From Candidatus Bathyarchaeota archaeon (GTDB lineage Archaea > Thermoproteota > Bathyarchaeia > Bathyarchaeales > Bathycorpusculaceae), in assembly GCA_963782525.1 (NCBI GenBank), contig CAWAKC010000009.1, forward strand, positions 96,001-160,000: 64,000 nt of DNA, written 5' to 3'. How positions within the stretch are numbered: position 1 is the stretch's first letter; the number at the start of each line of letters is the position of its first letter. Shown piece after piece: positions 8,865-18,801 of this stretch. The notes beneath the pieces were generated by a model, which was not told where the DNA came from, made no database searches, and saw only the letters and a program-made list of their open reading frames with translations. A program made the translations under genes and the position numbers.

Positions 8865-10676
8865 TTAACCTTTGATAATGCTTCCTAATTGTTCAAAGTT
8901 TAGTTTTCCTTCGAAGTATTTGTGCAATTGCTCAGGTAAATCCTTGATTGTGATTCGAATTTGCTGCCAACTGTCACGGTCACGAATAGTGACTGTTCCA
9001 TCGTTTAGAGTGTCGTAGTCGATTGTTATGCCAAGCTGTATTCCTGCTTCGTCGGCTCTAGCGTACCTTCTGCCAATGGATCCTGTTTCATCATACTCGG
9101 TCATAAAGCCCTCACACGTCAACAGCTTTTGCACTTCTCGGGCTTTAACATCTAAGCCGTCTTTGCCCATCAATGGGTAGATGCCAACTTGGATTGGCGC
9201 AATGCTTCTTGGGAAACTGAGGACAACACGGTTAGCCTTAATGTTGTAAGCATACTCTAATGCCACGTAGAAGAGTCTGTCTGAGCCAAAGCTGGGTTCG
9301 ACAACATGGGGAACGAAACGTTTGCCGCGGACGATTGTTTTCTGTTTGCCAATGTCTACCTGTTCAGGAAAAACCTGGTAGTTCCCCGCCATGTAACTGC
9401 CCTCTTTTTTCATGGCATCCGCCACTTCCTGCGCTGGAATCTTAGCTAACGCCGCTGCAACTTTGCCTGCGTCTCCTTTGTAGACTGGCCCGAGCTTTGC
9501 CATAATCGGCTTTACGGTGAGCTCCTCTGTTTCAACGGGGGTTGCGTATTCCTTGTATACGGTCATGTCGACGCCGCTAGCTTTCATGTGACAGGACAAA
9601 TCAAAGTCGGTTCGGTAAGCATGCCCCGAAACCTCCACCCAGCCCCAACGATCCACGAGCACCTCTTGGTCGAAGCTTTGGCTGCTGTAGTGGGCTTTTT
9701 CCCATGTGAGTTTTTCGATGAAACGCTGTTTGCTTGCAGGTACACCTAGTTCAGTTAATAGCCGTTTTGCCATCGCCATGAAAAAAGCTTGCCATTCTGA
9801 GCGGATAATTTTTTGGTCGAGAGCCTGGCGAACAGTAAACTCTGTTACATCTTCACATTCTTTGAGCCTGGTTTCGCAGAGCAGAATTGGCAGAACCTCA
9901 TTTTCCACTTCTTTGATCATGTCGCAGGCTGGCTCTTCGGGGTCAAAGAAAAACTCCAAATCAGCAATCGTGAACTCTCGCAAGCGGATTAAGCCTTGAC
10001 GAGGCGAAATCTCATTTCGTAAGGCATGCCCTATCTGGATGCAGCCAAACGGCAATCTTTCTCGTGCAGCTGTGTAGAGCCTGTTGAATTCTACAAAGAT
10101 GTTCTGTGCAGCTTCAGGTCTGCCGTATCCCACGGCGCCCGAATAAGGTCCGATGGTCGTTTGGAACATTGTTAGGTAACGTTGAGGTGCACCGAATTTG
10201 CCGCCGCAGTCAGGGCAAACAATCCCATGTCGCTCAATCTCCTCAGCGACCTCTTCAAGCGTCATCTTCTCTGCCTCAGCAGAGCTTATTCCTTTTTCTT
10301 CGAGCAAATGGTCTGCCCGGAAACGGGTGTGACAGTTTTGGCACTCCACCATGGGCTCTTTAAAGTGGTCAACGTGGCCTGAGGCCTCAAACACTTTTCC
10401 CGGAGCAATAACCGAAGACTCCATCTCGTAAATCCCGATTTTTTTAACGAATAATTCCCTCAGCTTCGCCTCAACATTCTGTTTCAGCCGTGTACCTAGT
10501 GGACCGTAAGTGACAAAACCGCCGCTTCCACCATAAATCTCAAAGGAAGACCAGAAGAAACCTCTGCGTTTAGCTAACTCGTTAATTGCAACGAACTTGT
10601 CGCATGCTGGTTTGGAACATTTAACGTCGGTACTCAATTTTGAAGACCTGCTTAACTGGTTAGATGGTAATATCAA
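8865..10676 (-). CDS. glyS: Glycine--tRNA ligase (archaeal/eukaryotic type)
   Basis: RRGFFWSSFEIYGG, RPEAAQNIF, RNEISPRQGLIRLREF, VEPSFGSDR, GSIGRRYARADE. Confidence 0.97.
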   Translation of the reverse strand: MILPSNQLSRSSKLSTDVKCSKPACDKFVAINELAKRRGFFWSSFEIYGGSGGFVTYGPLGTRLKQNVEAKLRELFVKKIGIYEMESSVIAPGKVFEASGHVDHFKEPMVECQNCHTRFRADHLLEEKGISSAEAEKMTLEEVAEEIERHGIVCPDCGGKFGAPQRYLTMFQTTIGPYSGAVGYGRPEAAQNIFVEFNRLYTAARERLPFGCIQIGHALRNEISPRQGLIRLREFTIADLEFFFDPEEPACDMIKEVENEVLPILLCETRLKECEDVTEFTVRQALDQKIIRSEWQAFFMAMAKRLLTELGVPASKQRFIEKLTWEKAHYSSQSFDQEVLVDRWGWVEVSGHAYRTDFDLSCHMKASGVDMTVYKEYATPVETEELTVKPIMAKLGPVYKGDAGKVAAALAKIPAQEVADAMKKEGSYMAGNYQVFPEQVDIGKQKTIVRGKRFVPHVVEPSFGSDRLFYVALEYAYNIKANRVVLSFPRSIAPIQVGIYPLMGKDGLDVKAREVQKLLTCEGFMTEYDETGSIGRRYARADEAGIQLGITIDYDTLNDGTVTIRDRDSWQQIRITIKDLPEQLHKYFEGKLNFEQLGSIIKG

Positions 10677-10760
10677 TTAAAACGTTGCCATAATAGGACG
10701 ATTACTTTTACGATAAAAATGAATGCGCTAAACTATTAAGAGTGACAATTATTCTTAAGC

Positions 10761-11762
10761 TTGAAAAATATGCCGCAACCTACGCCTCAACAAGTTTGGA
10801 ATCTAACTGAAACCGAACTCCTAAATCACTTAGACACAAACGTCTATAAGCCCATAAGTAACACAATCCGTTTTTACGCTCCAAGCTTTACCTACTACAA
10901 AACCAAACACTACTGCTCCTCCACAACCGACTTTCCAACCATCTCCGTCACAGGCAACGCATGCGCTTTGAACTGCAAACATTGCGGCGGCAAAGTGCTT
11001 GAAACCATGCATCCAGCTCTGACGCCCCAAGAGCTGTTTGAGGTAGGTGCGAAATTGAAGAGGAACGGCGCTAAAGGCGTTTTGGTTAGCGGCGGATGTT
11101 TGCCCGACGGTTCGGTACCTCTGGACGATTTTGTTTCTGTGCTTGGGCGGTTTAAGTCTGAGTTGGGCTTAACGGTTTTTGTTCACACAGGCATAGTAAA
11201 ACGGGAAACTACTGTTGCGCTCAAGGAAGCTGGGATTGATGCTGCATTAATTGATGTTATCGGCTCTGCAGAAACTGTGGAGAAAATCTATAACCTCAAA
11301 GTCACTGTCCAAGACTACGCCGATTCCCTCAAAGCTCTACAAGAAGCAGAATTAACCGTTGTTCCCCATGTTATTGTTGGGTTAAACGAGGGTAAACTCG
11401 ACGGCGAGCTGAAGGCGCTCGAAATGATTCAGCAAATCAAGCCTTCAGCGCTTGTGATAATTGCTTTTATGCCCATTCATGGAACAGCCATGGCAGAAAC
11501 GCCGCCTCCCCGACCCGCAGACATCGCTAAAGTTGCAGCGCTGGCACGGCAAATGCTCCCACAAACCCCGCTGGTTCTGGGTTGCATGCGTCCCAAAGGC
11601 AAAAGCCGAGGAGAAACCGACGTTTTAGCTCTAAAAGCCGGGGTTGACGCCATCGCTTTTCCAAGTGAGGCAGCTGTTGAATACGCAAAAAATATGAGTT
11701 ATAGAACTGTTTTTTCTTCTTATTGCTGTGCCCAAATGTACGTTGACGCAATCAAACTTTAG
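10761..11762 (+). CDS. Radical SAM protein, probable archaeal lipoyl synthase subunit LipS1 type
   Basis: CALNCKHC radical SAM motif plus GCMR and C-terminal CC motifs described for Thermococcus LipS1. Confidence 0.7.
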   Translation: MKNMPQPTPQQVWNLTETELLNHLDTNVYKPISNTIRFYAPSFTYYKTKHYCSSTTDFPTISVTGNACALNCKHCGGKVLETMHPALTPQELFEVGAKLKRNGAKGVLVSGGCLPDGSVPLDDFVSVLGRFKSELGLTVFVHTGIVKRETTVALKEAGIDAALIDVIGSAETVEKIYNLKVTVQDYADSLKALQEAELTVVPHVIVGLNEGKLDGELKALEMIQQIKPSALVIIAFMPIHGTAMAETPPPRPADIAKVAALARQMLPQTPLVLGCMRPKGKSRGETDVLALKAGVDAIAFPSEAAVEYAKNMSYRTVFSSYCCAQMYVDAIKL

Positions 11763-12354
11763 ACCGCAACATTCTTACTCCAAGCGCAATAGCCCACGCT
11801 GAAACGGCGAGCCCAGAGAGGAACTCGGGGATGGCAACGTTAGGAACATAGTTAAAACCGAAGAGCAAAAGCCACGGAAGCGCTGCCGCAATTCCAACCG
11901 CAACCGTGAAACCAGCCAATCCACGCATGTGACATAGCCAAAACGCAACGGTTAAGATGAAAAGGGCAATGGGCGCCAAAGTGAAGAATGCTACAGAAAC
12001 CATATAGTGGGTTGGCGAGAAATGTTCGTTAAATACGCTGATAGCGATCAGCGCCAGAGTTGCAGCCGCAAAGACGACTGAGCCGATTTTGCCCACCCAA
12101 CTTTTTCCAAAATAAGTATATAAGCCGAATATTGCAAAGTTGAAGGCTAAAATCCCGCTGGCGAGTAGGCCAAAGTTGAAAAGTGGAGCAGTGATGCCCA
12201 GTACGATGCCTAAATCGCTTAAGGCATTGCTTGTCCAGCTAAACGTGGGGTAAGATGCAATGGCTGTTAAGATACAGACGAAGGCCACTATGGGCGCCAC
12301 TATTCCTGAAGATGCGCCTATCCTTTGGTAAACAAGATTTCTCGGCTCAGACAT
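11752..12354 (-). CDS. DUF998 family membrane protein
   Basis: FSWTSNALSDLG...FN.GL, H..VS..FF, AIPE; probable start MSEPRN at 12354. Confidence 0.85.
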   Translation of the reverse strand: MSEPRNLVYQRIGASSGIVAPIVAFVCILTAIASYPTFSWTSNALSDLGIVLGITAPLFNFGLLASGILAFNFAIFGLYTYFGKSWVGKIGSVVFAAATLALIAISVFNEHFSPTHYMVSVAFFTLAPIALFILTVAFWLCHMRGLAGFTVAVGIAAALPWLLLFGFNYVPNVAIPEFLSGLAVSAWAIALGVRMLRSKV

Positions 12355-12379
12355 AGTTAACTTATTGTCGCAACTTGCT

Positions 12380-13511
12380 TTAAGAATTTGCGTTGGCGGG
12401 AACAAAACACCGAAGCCTCTGCAATGATTCTAATTTTTCCTTGTCACCGATTTTTGCTTCCTGAACCGACTGCCGCAGAATTTCGATGGATTCATCCATG
12501 GCTCCCCGATTTACTGGATAAGGTACACCGTCTTTGCCTCCATATGCAAAGCTGAATTTAACGGGGTCGTCCCAACTGGGCGCCTCACCATAAACCAATT
12601 CAGTGACAAGCGCTAACCCACGCACGGTTGCGGGTCCAACACCTTTCACACTGAGCAGTTCCTCATAATTTTGGGGTTGGAATTCGTAGACACGTGCAAG
12701 GGTGTCCCAATTGATGTTGCGTGGCATGTTGAGTGTAGTTTGGGTTTGCATCCAAGGGTCACTGGTTTTGGGAAGCCATTGCTGCAAAGAAGATTGATTG
12801 AGGGGCTTGGAGGAGGATTGAATTAGGTTCATGAGTTTGCGTGTAGGCTCCTTTGATAGGTCGACCGATGCTTTACGGGCTGCGTCGCTTTGTTTGGCAA
12901 CCATGTTTAGAGCGCGGTCCCGTTTGATGTTGCAAGCAATGGCATTGTGGGGGTCCTCCACAAAACACTTTGTGTTCTCACTTAGCCAGTGGTAGCGCCT
13001 TGCCGAGCGGTCCTCATCGCTCATGCCCTGCTGGATAACCGCCCATTTCTCATCTTTGGTTACCAGAAACGCGTGGTGGTAGAGTTGGTATCCTGCTTGG
13101 ATAGCGGTGTTGTCAACTTTGGCGGTCATGCGACTGGTGTAGGTGAGGTCATCGATGGTTTGTTTGGAAAAACTGAATTTTTCGCCAACCGCTACGATGT
13201 CGCTTGGGGTTTTGCGCGAGGTTTTGCCTTTTCCTCCACAGACTGCAACGCCATGTTCCTCGGGCGAGAGGGCTCCTTTTAAGATGCCGGTGACGACGGT
13301 GGTTACTCCGCTGCTATGCCAGTCATGCTAGTACACACCCGAATGCTTGAAACCAGTAGGGGTCCGAGAGTCGTGCGATGAATTTGGCGGTGCCTTGTTC
13401 CTCGATTATGATGCTAGCGATTTCCTTAGCCATCTTCCGCATGCGTCCAGTAAGCCAAGAAGGAGCTTTGCCGCGGTGTAAAGGCAGGTTTGCAACACCA
13501 GTCCGATACAT
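12380..13511 (-). pseudogene. DUF763 family protein, split by one frameshift at ~13323
   Basis: ORF 13323-13511 ends FQAFGCVLA*. The other frame continues DWHSSGVTTVVTGILK...GGKGKTSRKTP...SRMTAKVDN into ORF 12380-13129 (GVGPATVRGLAL, FSFAYGGKDGVPYPV). Confidence 0.85.
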
Positions 13512-13755
13512 AACTATCGAGGTTTGATGGGTAACGTTGGGATATATGGATTATTGCAACTAAAACCGCAAAAAACTAACTGACAACTTCATGTTTTAGT
13601 CACACAAGCATTTTTTTCAACAGAATCTGTCAAAGCGGATGCCTATTTTATTTGGGCTAAATTGCGTTTCCAATTGCAAAGCAAACCAAAACAACTGCAA
13701 TTCGCAGGTAAATGAAAGCGCCTTCATCACAAGAAAACCCTTGCCAGAGGTTCCT

Positions 13756-14727
13756 TTAAGGTAACTTAATTGTTCCTGCAACGCGCAGTTTGGCACCTTC
13801 CAAGTACATCAATACAGCATCATCGTTGGGTCGATGTACGAGGGGTTTATCGAGCGTTATTCTTAATGAGGGTTTTTTGGGGTCGCTTGAGTCTGTTACA
13901 TCTTCGACTTTTGCGGTTATGAATTGGGTCCAGTGGCCTACATGCATAACCATGCCGGGTTTGATGGGTGTTTGCCAGTACTTAACGAGTGAAGCCTGAG
14001 TCTTAATTTCGGTTGACATTTTGATGGTAGAGTCATTTGTTAAGACAGCGCCACGGTCTAAGTCTTCCACTTCTATGTTTTTTAGCGCCAATCCAACGCG
14101 GTCCCCTTCGCCCGCAACGTCGAAGTCTTCATCGTGTTTTTGGATGGAGCGGACCTGCGCTGTTTTGCCTGCGGGAAGAACATTTAGTGTGGCGTGTTTC
14201 TGGACTGCGCCATAAACAACGATGCCGAGGACAACTACTCCTACGCCTTTAACGTTAAAAGCATGGTCCACTGGTACTGCACCTATTGGCTGTTGACCCG
14301 CTGGTACTTCAACGGGTTTCTGCTGGGAAGCATCTACGAGGAGTTTTTCCCTCAGAGCGTTTGGGTCGTCGGGTATGATTTCGAATTTTTCGAGGCTGGT
14401 GCCTTTGATGAGGGCTTCAATTTTCTCTTTGGGAACATAGTTCTTGAGGATTATGTAGCCGCTTTTGATGTCGCTGCATTGCAGCATAACAAGTTGCTCG
14501 CCGAATGTCGCGTTCATTTCGTTGACAACGATTATGGCTTTTTTTGAGAGCGCACAGGCATAGAAAAGGGGTGCTAAGCGTTCGGGGTAACGTGTGGGTT
14601 CGATGAAGGTTACGGTGTCTTCGCCTTTTTTGAGGTTGTAGAGGGTTATGTCTGTGGAGGTGCCTTTTTTGGCTAAGGTGCTGCCGTATTCTAAGCTGCC
14701 GAGGATAGCTACTGTAATATTTCCCAT
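13756..14727 (-). CDS. Archaeal SelB-like (aSelBL) EF-Tu-domain protein with degenerate G domain
   Basis: KKGTSTDIT, VDHAFNVKGVG.V.LG, VRSIQKHD...GDRVGLALK; no GxxxxGKT or NKxD. Confidence 0.8.
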   Translation of the reverse strand: MGNITVAILGSLEYGSTLAKKGTSTDITLYNLKKGEDTVTFIEPTRYPERLAPLFYACALSKKAIIVVNEMNATFGEQLVMLQCSDIKSGYIILKNYVPKEKIEALIKGTSLEKFEIIPDDPNALREKLLVDASQQKPVEVPAGQQPIGAVPVDHAFNVKGVGVVVLGIVVYGAVQKHATLNVLPAGKTAQVRSIQKHDEDFDVAGEGDRVGLALKNIEVEDLDRGAVLTNDSTIKMSTEIKTQASLVKYWQTPIKPGMVMHVGHWTQFITAKVEDVTDSSDPKKPSLRITLDKPLVHRPNDDAVLMYLEGAKLRVAGTIKLP

Positions 14728-15014
14728 ACTTCATGACCTTTATGCTGTCTGCATTGTTGGTTTATTCTGAAAGATAAGTGTTGTTGACACAGGCAGATAA
14801 TTTCACCCAAATTTGAGAAGAAAAATATGGATTATGACTTGATTATTGCATGTGCGAAAGGTTCTTAAGGCATTGGACAATCTTCTAAACGGCAAGAAAA
14901 CGGCAAAGCCAATTGCCATTTCAGGTAACGACTATCTTCCAAGCTTGGAGGAAGGTCAGACCAACCAAAAAGGTTAAAATACCCCGATGTAGAGGTTGGA
15001 AGAGGTGAAAAGGT

Positions 15015-15332
15015 ATGGAAAATATTTACGCAGCAATGCTCCTTCACAAGGCAGGTAAAGAAATCAACGAAGCTTCAGTGACAAAAGTTCTCGAAGCAGC
15101 AGGCGTCACAGTTGACGTAATACAAGTTAAAGCACTCGTTGCATCACTCAGCGAAGTAAACATTGATGAAGCAATCAAAGCCGCACCAGCAATGATGGCA
15201 GCTCCAGTGGCAGCTCCAGCAGGCGAATCTAAGCCAGCAGCAGCCGCACCAGAAGACAAGAAGAAGAAAGCTGAAGAAGAAAAAGCCAAAGAAGATGCAG
15301 CATTAGAAGGATTAGGCGCCCTATTCGGGTAA
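15015..15332 (+). CDS. rpl12: Ribosomal stalk protein P1/L12 (archaeal)
   Basis: [19 protein letters not shown], Ala-rich hinge, C-terminal GLGALFG. Confidence 0.97.
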   Translation: MENIYAAMLLHKAGKEINEASVTKVLEAAGVTVDVIQVKALVASLSEVNIDEAIKAAPAMMAAPVAAPAGESKPAAAAPEDKKKKAEEEKAKEDAALEGLGALFG

Positions 15333-15424
15333 AATAAGCCTCTATCTTATTTCTAATTTATTTTTCCCAAAAATTATTTTATCTTTTATCGAGTTAATTG
15401 CTTAAAAAATTTTGCTAAAAGATT

Positions 15425-16588
15425 TTATTGGATAGGTAAACTTTGGTCTTTAGGTGGCTCAGTTGACTCGGCAACAATCGGCATCTTCGTCACTTTGTTT
15501 CTTTCCATAAACAACTTTAAAGCGACGATAGGTGCCCAACCGCTAATAATCATTACAGTTCCCGGGAACCCCTGGATGTTTCTGCCTACAATCGGGATAA
15601 GCCCATTTATTATGTCGGGCAGGAAGGCTTCCCATAAACCGAAAGCCACGGCCATCGCCACAGCTGCTACAAATGCAGTTTTCTTGCCGAATTTATTGTA
15701 GGTTTGGACTGCGAGGACACCTGCAAAGAAAAAGTCGCCCAACCCTAGTCCCCGGCTTAAAAGAGCGCCTTGAGCGGAATAAACGAAGGGAACGTTAGGC
15801 AAGTAAACCAGAACCGGAAGACCCAACCCCGTGAATTGTTTGGCTGCTCCAACCATAACTGGAGTTCCAATTACCAATATTATATCCATCACTGTCAGGA
15901 GAACTGCGAATAACCCAACGGTTTTCCAGTTAAACATAGATGAAAGATACAGAATTATCAAGATTGCGAACGTTAATCCGAAAACATCCATTAGAACTGG
16001 GTACCATACTTGGAAAGTGCCACCGTAAAGGAAGTTGAAGAACACGAAGAGCAAAACGAAAATTGCTGGCGGTTGAGCAGCCACATACCACCGTGAAGAT
16101 TTAGACGCAGCTTTTATCTGTTCAAACACTGCGGCGCCAAAGCAGAAGCCAGCTAAGATAAAGAACGCTATTGCCCTGTAGATTGTTATACTATCGCTGA
16201 GTGGCCCCAGAAGGCTCGCTAACGCGGCAATCAAGGCTGCAACGCCGAAGCCCAGCGAAAGCAGTTGTGCCCGCATCTTTGTCAGGTTTGAAAACACGTA
16301 GGAAAACGTGAAAAGCAGCATGGTGTAAGATGATAGGAAGATAACCATGAGAATGTTCTGGAAAACGGCGCCTGGATTAAGGAAGGACGTGTAAGCGATT
16401 ACTGAAACTATAATTGCCATAAAAACAATTAAGAGAATTATATCCCGAGTCTTGAACTCTTTTTCTTCCACAGTCGCCATCAATTTACCTTCCACACGCT
16501 TGTTTAGAAGCATAGCAACAGTTACAACGAGAAACAGTGCGATGGGCATGGCTAGGTCAAGAGAGGGCATAGACTGCACAATAAACAC
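15425..16588 (-). CDS. Presenilin/signal-peptide-peptidase-like (GxGD, A22-like) intramembrane aspartyl protease
   Basis: Multi-TM; TVMDIILV (YD-equivalent Asp), GLGLGDFF, and FPGT at the PAL position. Confidence 0.7.
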   Translation of the reverse strand: MFIVQSMPSLDLAMPIALFLVVTVAMLLNKRVEGKLMATVEEKEFKTRDIILLIVFMAIIVSVIAYTSFLNPGAVFQNILMVIFLSSYTMLLFTFSYVFSNLTKMRAQLLSLGFGVAALIAALASLLGPLSDSITIYRAIAFFILAGFCFGAAVFEQIKAASKSSRWYVAAQPPAIFVLLFVFFNFLYGGTFQVWYPVLMDVFGLTFAILIILYLSSMFNWKTVGLFAVLLTVMDIILVIGTPVMVGAAKQFTGLGLPVLVYLPNVPFVYSAQGALLSRGLGLGDFFFAGVLAVQTYNKFGKKTAFVAAVAMAVAFGLWEAFLPDIINGLIPIVGRNIQGFPGTVMIISGWAPIVALKLFMERNKVTKMPIVAESTEPPKDQSLPIQ

Positions 16589-16639
16589 AAGAAGCTTTTA
16601 TTTGTTTAGCCAAAACAACCAGAAATTGACAGATAAACC

Positions 16640-17494
16640 TCAATAACTGAAATGCATATTCAAAATTGCCAATGATGCAAACAATGCTTCCTCAGTTCTC
16701 ACGGTTACCGTTCCCTGATTTGGAACCATATTCACAATAAAGTCCACCAGGTCTGCGAGGTTTAAGCCTTTTTCCTGCACAATTTCATGCAGCCCCCGAG
16801 AAGGAGCACCGAAAGCCAATAAAATCCGTTGGCTACCCGCCCATTTCCCATTGAGTTTACCTGCAACATCCATAAAATTGTCGCCAATTTTAGCAGTTGC
16901 AACCCTTAAATCAAAGTTACCCTGAGAAGCCAATTGACCAAAAGAACGTTCTTCAACCCGAACCTTATAACCCCAATATTGTGGAACTTCTTCGCGGCTT
17001 ATCGCTTGAACTTCAATCTGCTTGCCGATGTTGACGACTTGCAGGGTTAAGCGATCGCCGACAGCGAACTCTTTTCGCCGTAAAAGCGCAGGCTGCTGAA
17101 CTCCTATGTCGACAACTAAGCCTTCTTTGTTCTCTGACCTGACAACGCCTTCGCGGTACTCGCCAACTTTGAGGTGCTTGGTTTTGCCGCTCAAGGGGTG
17201 ATGAGGTGTGCGAAGTGGCGGCAGAATCCCTGCATACTCTAAGTCGGGATCGAGCTTAAACAGGGTTTTCCGCAGGTATTGAGGCGTCTCCAAATAGTTA
17301 AGTAACAAAGCCATAAAATCCAGGTCCCTGCTCTGATCCATTTTAGGGTTATCAGGGTACAGTATGATTTCGTCAACGCGAAAAATTGCTGATGCCCGCC
17401 CAATCAACCCCATTTTCGCTGTTTTTTCTCGTAGGTGGGGTGTATCTGAGATTGTGGATGCTGGGATAGCTATTGAAAGTTTCTTTTTGTTCAT
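16640..17494 (-). CDS. SPOUT RNA methyltransferase, DUF171/SPOUT1 family
   Basis: IGRASAIFRVDEII, YLETPQYLRK, GILPPLRTPHH, PNQGTVTVRTEEA. Confidence 0.92.
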   Translation of the reverse strand: MNKKKLSIAIPASTISDTPHLREKTAKMGLIGRASAIFRVDEIILYPDNPKMDQSRDLDFMALLLNYLETPQYLRKTLFKLDPDLEYAGILPPLRTPHHPLSGKTKHLKVGEYREGVVRSENKEGLVVDIGVQQPALLRRKEFAVGDRLTLQVVNIGKQIEVQAISREEVPQYWGYKVRVEERSFGQLASQGNFDLRVATAKIGDNFMDVAGKLNGKWAGSQRILLAFGAPSRGLHEIVQEKGLNLADLVDFIVNMVPNQGTVTVRTEEALFASLAILNMHFSY

Positions 17495-17568
17495 TGCGCC
17501 ATTGCCTCGGCTTTTGTTGCTTGCGTTGTGCTTAAAAAGGTGGAACGAGATATAAAACTGCGTGTTAT

Positions 17569-18801
17569 TTGGAGGACAAAACGTTGCCTACAGCACTTTT
17601 AGATAATGTCGAAAGAATAAAAAACTGCGATAAGAGTGGTATGCTAGATTTTTCCGTTAATGCAGCCCATCATTACCGTGAAGCCGCTAAGAACGCGGAG
17701 AGAATCATTGTTGATTACCCCAAGCCCAGCAACATTGTAGTTGCAGGTTTAGGGGGTTCAGCTATCGGCGGCGACTTACTCAAAGATTGGGCAAAAACCC
17801 AATTGGCGGTGCCCATTGAGGTTAGCCGAGAATACAAACTCCCAGCGTATGCCAACAAGAAAACATTAGTGTTCATTACCAGCTATTCAGGCGACACCGA
17901 AGAGACCCTCAGCAGTTTTCTTGATGCCCTCAAACGCAAATGCATGATTTACTGCATAGGCAGCGGCGGCGCACTCTTGAAATACGCACAAAAACTCAAG
18001 GTGCCGTATCTTCAGGTTCCAAGCGGCATGCCTCCGCGTGCAGCGTTGCCCTACATGCTTTTGGCGCTTTTGGTTTACATGGAAAAAGCAGGCTTAGTTA
18101 AAGGTGTACAAGAAGAATTAAAAGAAGCTTTCAGCCTCATCGAAAAAATCAGTATAGATAACGGACCGGAAAAAGCGTCGGTCGACAACTTTGCCAAGGG
18201 CTTAGCTCAAAACATTGGCGAATCAACTCCAACTATCTACGGGTTTGACTTCTACCGCAGTGTAGCCCAACGGTTTAAGCAGCAGTTCAATGAGAACAGC
18301 AAGTCAGCCGCCAAATGGGAATATTTCCCTGAACTTGACCATAACGAGGTTGTTGGTTGGGAAGGCAGGGGCGAACAATGCAAATGGTATTCAATAATAT
18401 TAATCCGGGATGGGGATGAGCCAGTGGAAATTGAGAGCCGAATTGAAGTTACCAAACAAATCATGGAACGTAGGGGTTTGGTAATGGTTGATTTGGAAGT
18501 TCAAGGCAAAAGTCCGCTGGCGAAGATGCTATCAACCATTGTGGTCGGCGACTTTACAAGCGTCTACCTATCTGTTCTGCGCGGAGAAGACCCCACACCC
18601 GTAAAAACCATTACAACTCTAAAAAACACGCTGGTACAAAATGGAGTTAGAGATAAAATAATTGCTGAGCTAGAAAACTCTAGCTTAAGCAAAAAATTTT
18701 TTGAATTGGGCTTCGGCTTCTTCAAGCGACACCATTTGCGGTGGACGCTTAAAACCGTAAGCACAAACTGGTTCCACTGCGCCCTTAACTTTCTTGTCTA
18801 A
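17569..18801 (+). CDS. Bifunctional phosphoglucose/phosphomannose isomerase; C-terminus likely frameshift-extended (expected stop 18681-18683)
   Basis: GLGGSAIGG, SYSGDTEET, PRAAL, QFNENSK, PELDHNE. Confidence 0.92.
   Translation: MEDKTLPTALLDNVERIKNCDKSGMLDFSVNAAHHYREAAKNAERIIVDYPKPSNIVVAGLGGSAIGGDLLKDWAKTQLAVPIEVSREYKLPAYANKKTLVFITSYSGDTEETLSSFLDALKRKCMIYCIGSGGALLKYAQKLKVPYLQVPSGMPPRAALPYMLLALLVYMEKAGLVKGVQEELKEAFSLIEKISIDNGPEKASVDNFAKGLAQNIGESTPTIYGFDFYRSVAQRFKQQFNENSKSAAKWEYFPELDHNEVVGWEGRGEQCKWYSIILIRDGDEPVEIESRIEVTKQIMERRGLVMVDLEVQGKSPLAKMLSTIVVGDFTSVYLSVLRGEDPTPVKTITTLKNTLVQNGVRDKIIAELENSSLSKKFFELGFGFFKRHHLRWTLKTVSTNWFHCALNFLV

Noticed and set aside
13323-13325. TGA in DUF763 next to a SelB-like gene as selenocysteine readthrough
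   Set aside because: The TGA frame hits TAG three codons later and the conserved DWHSSG continuation is in another frame, so this is a frameshift.
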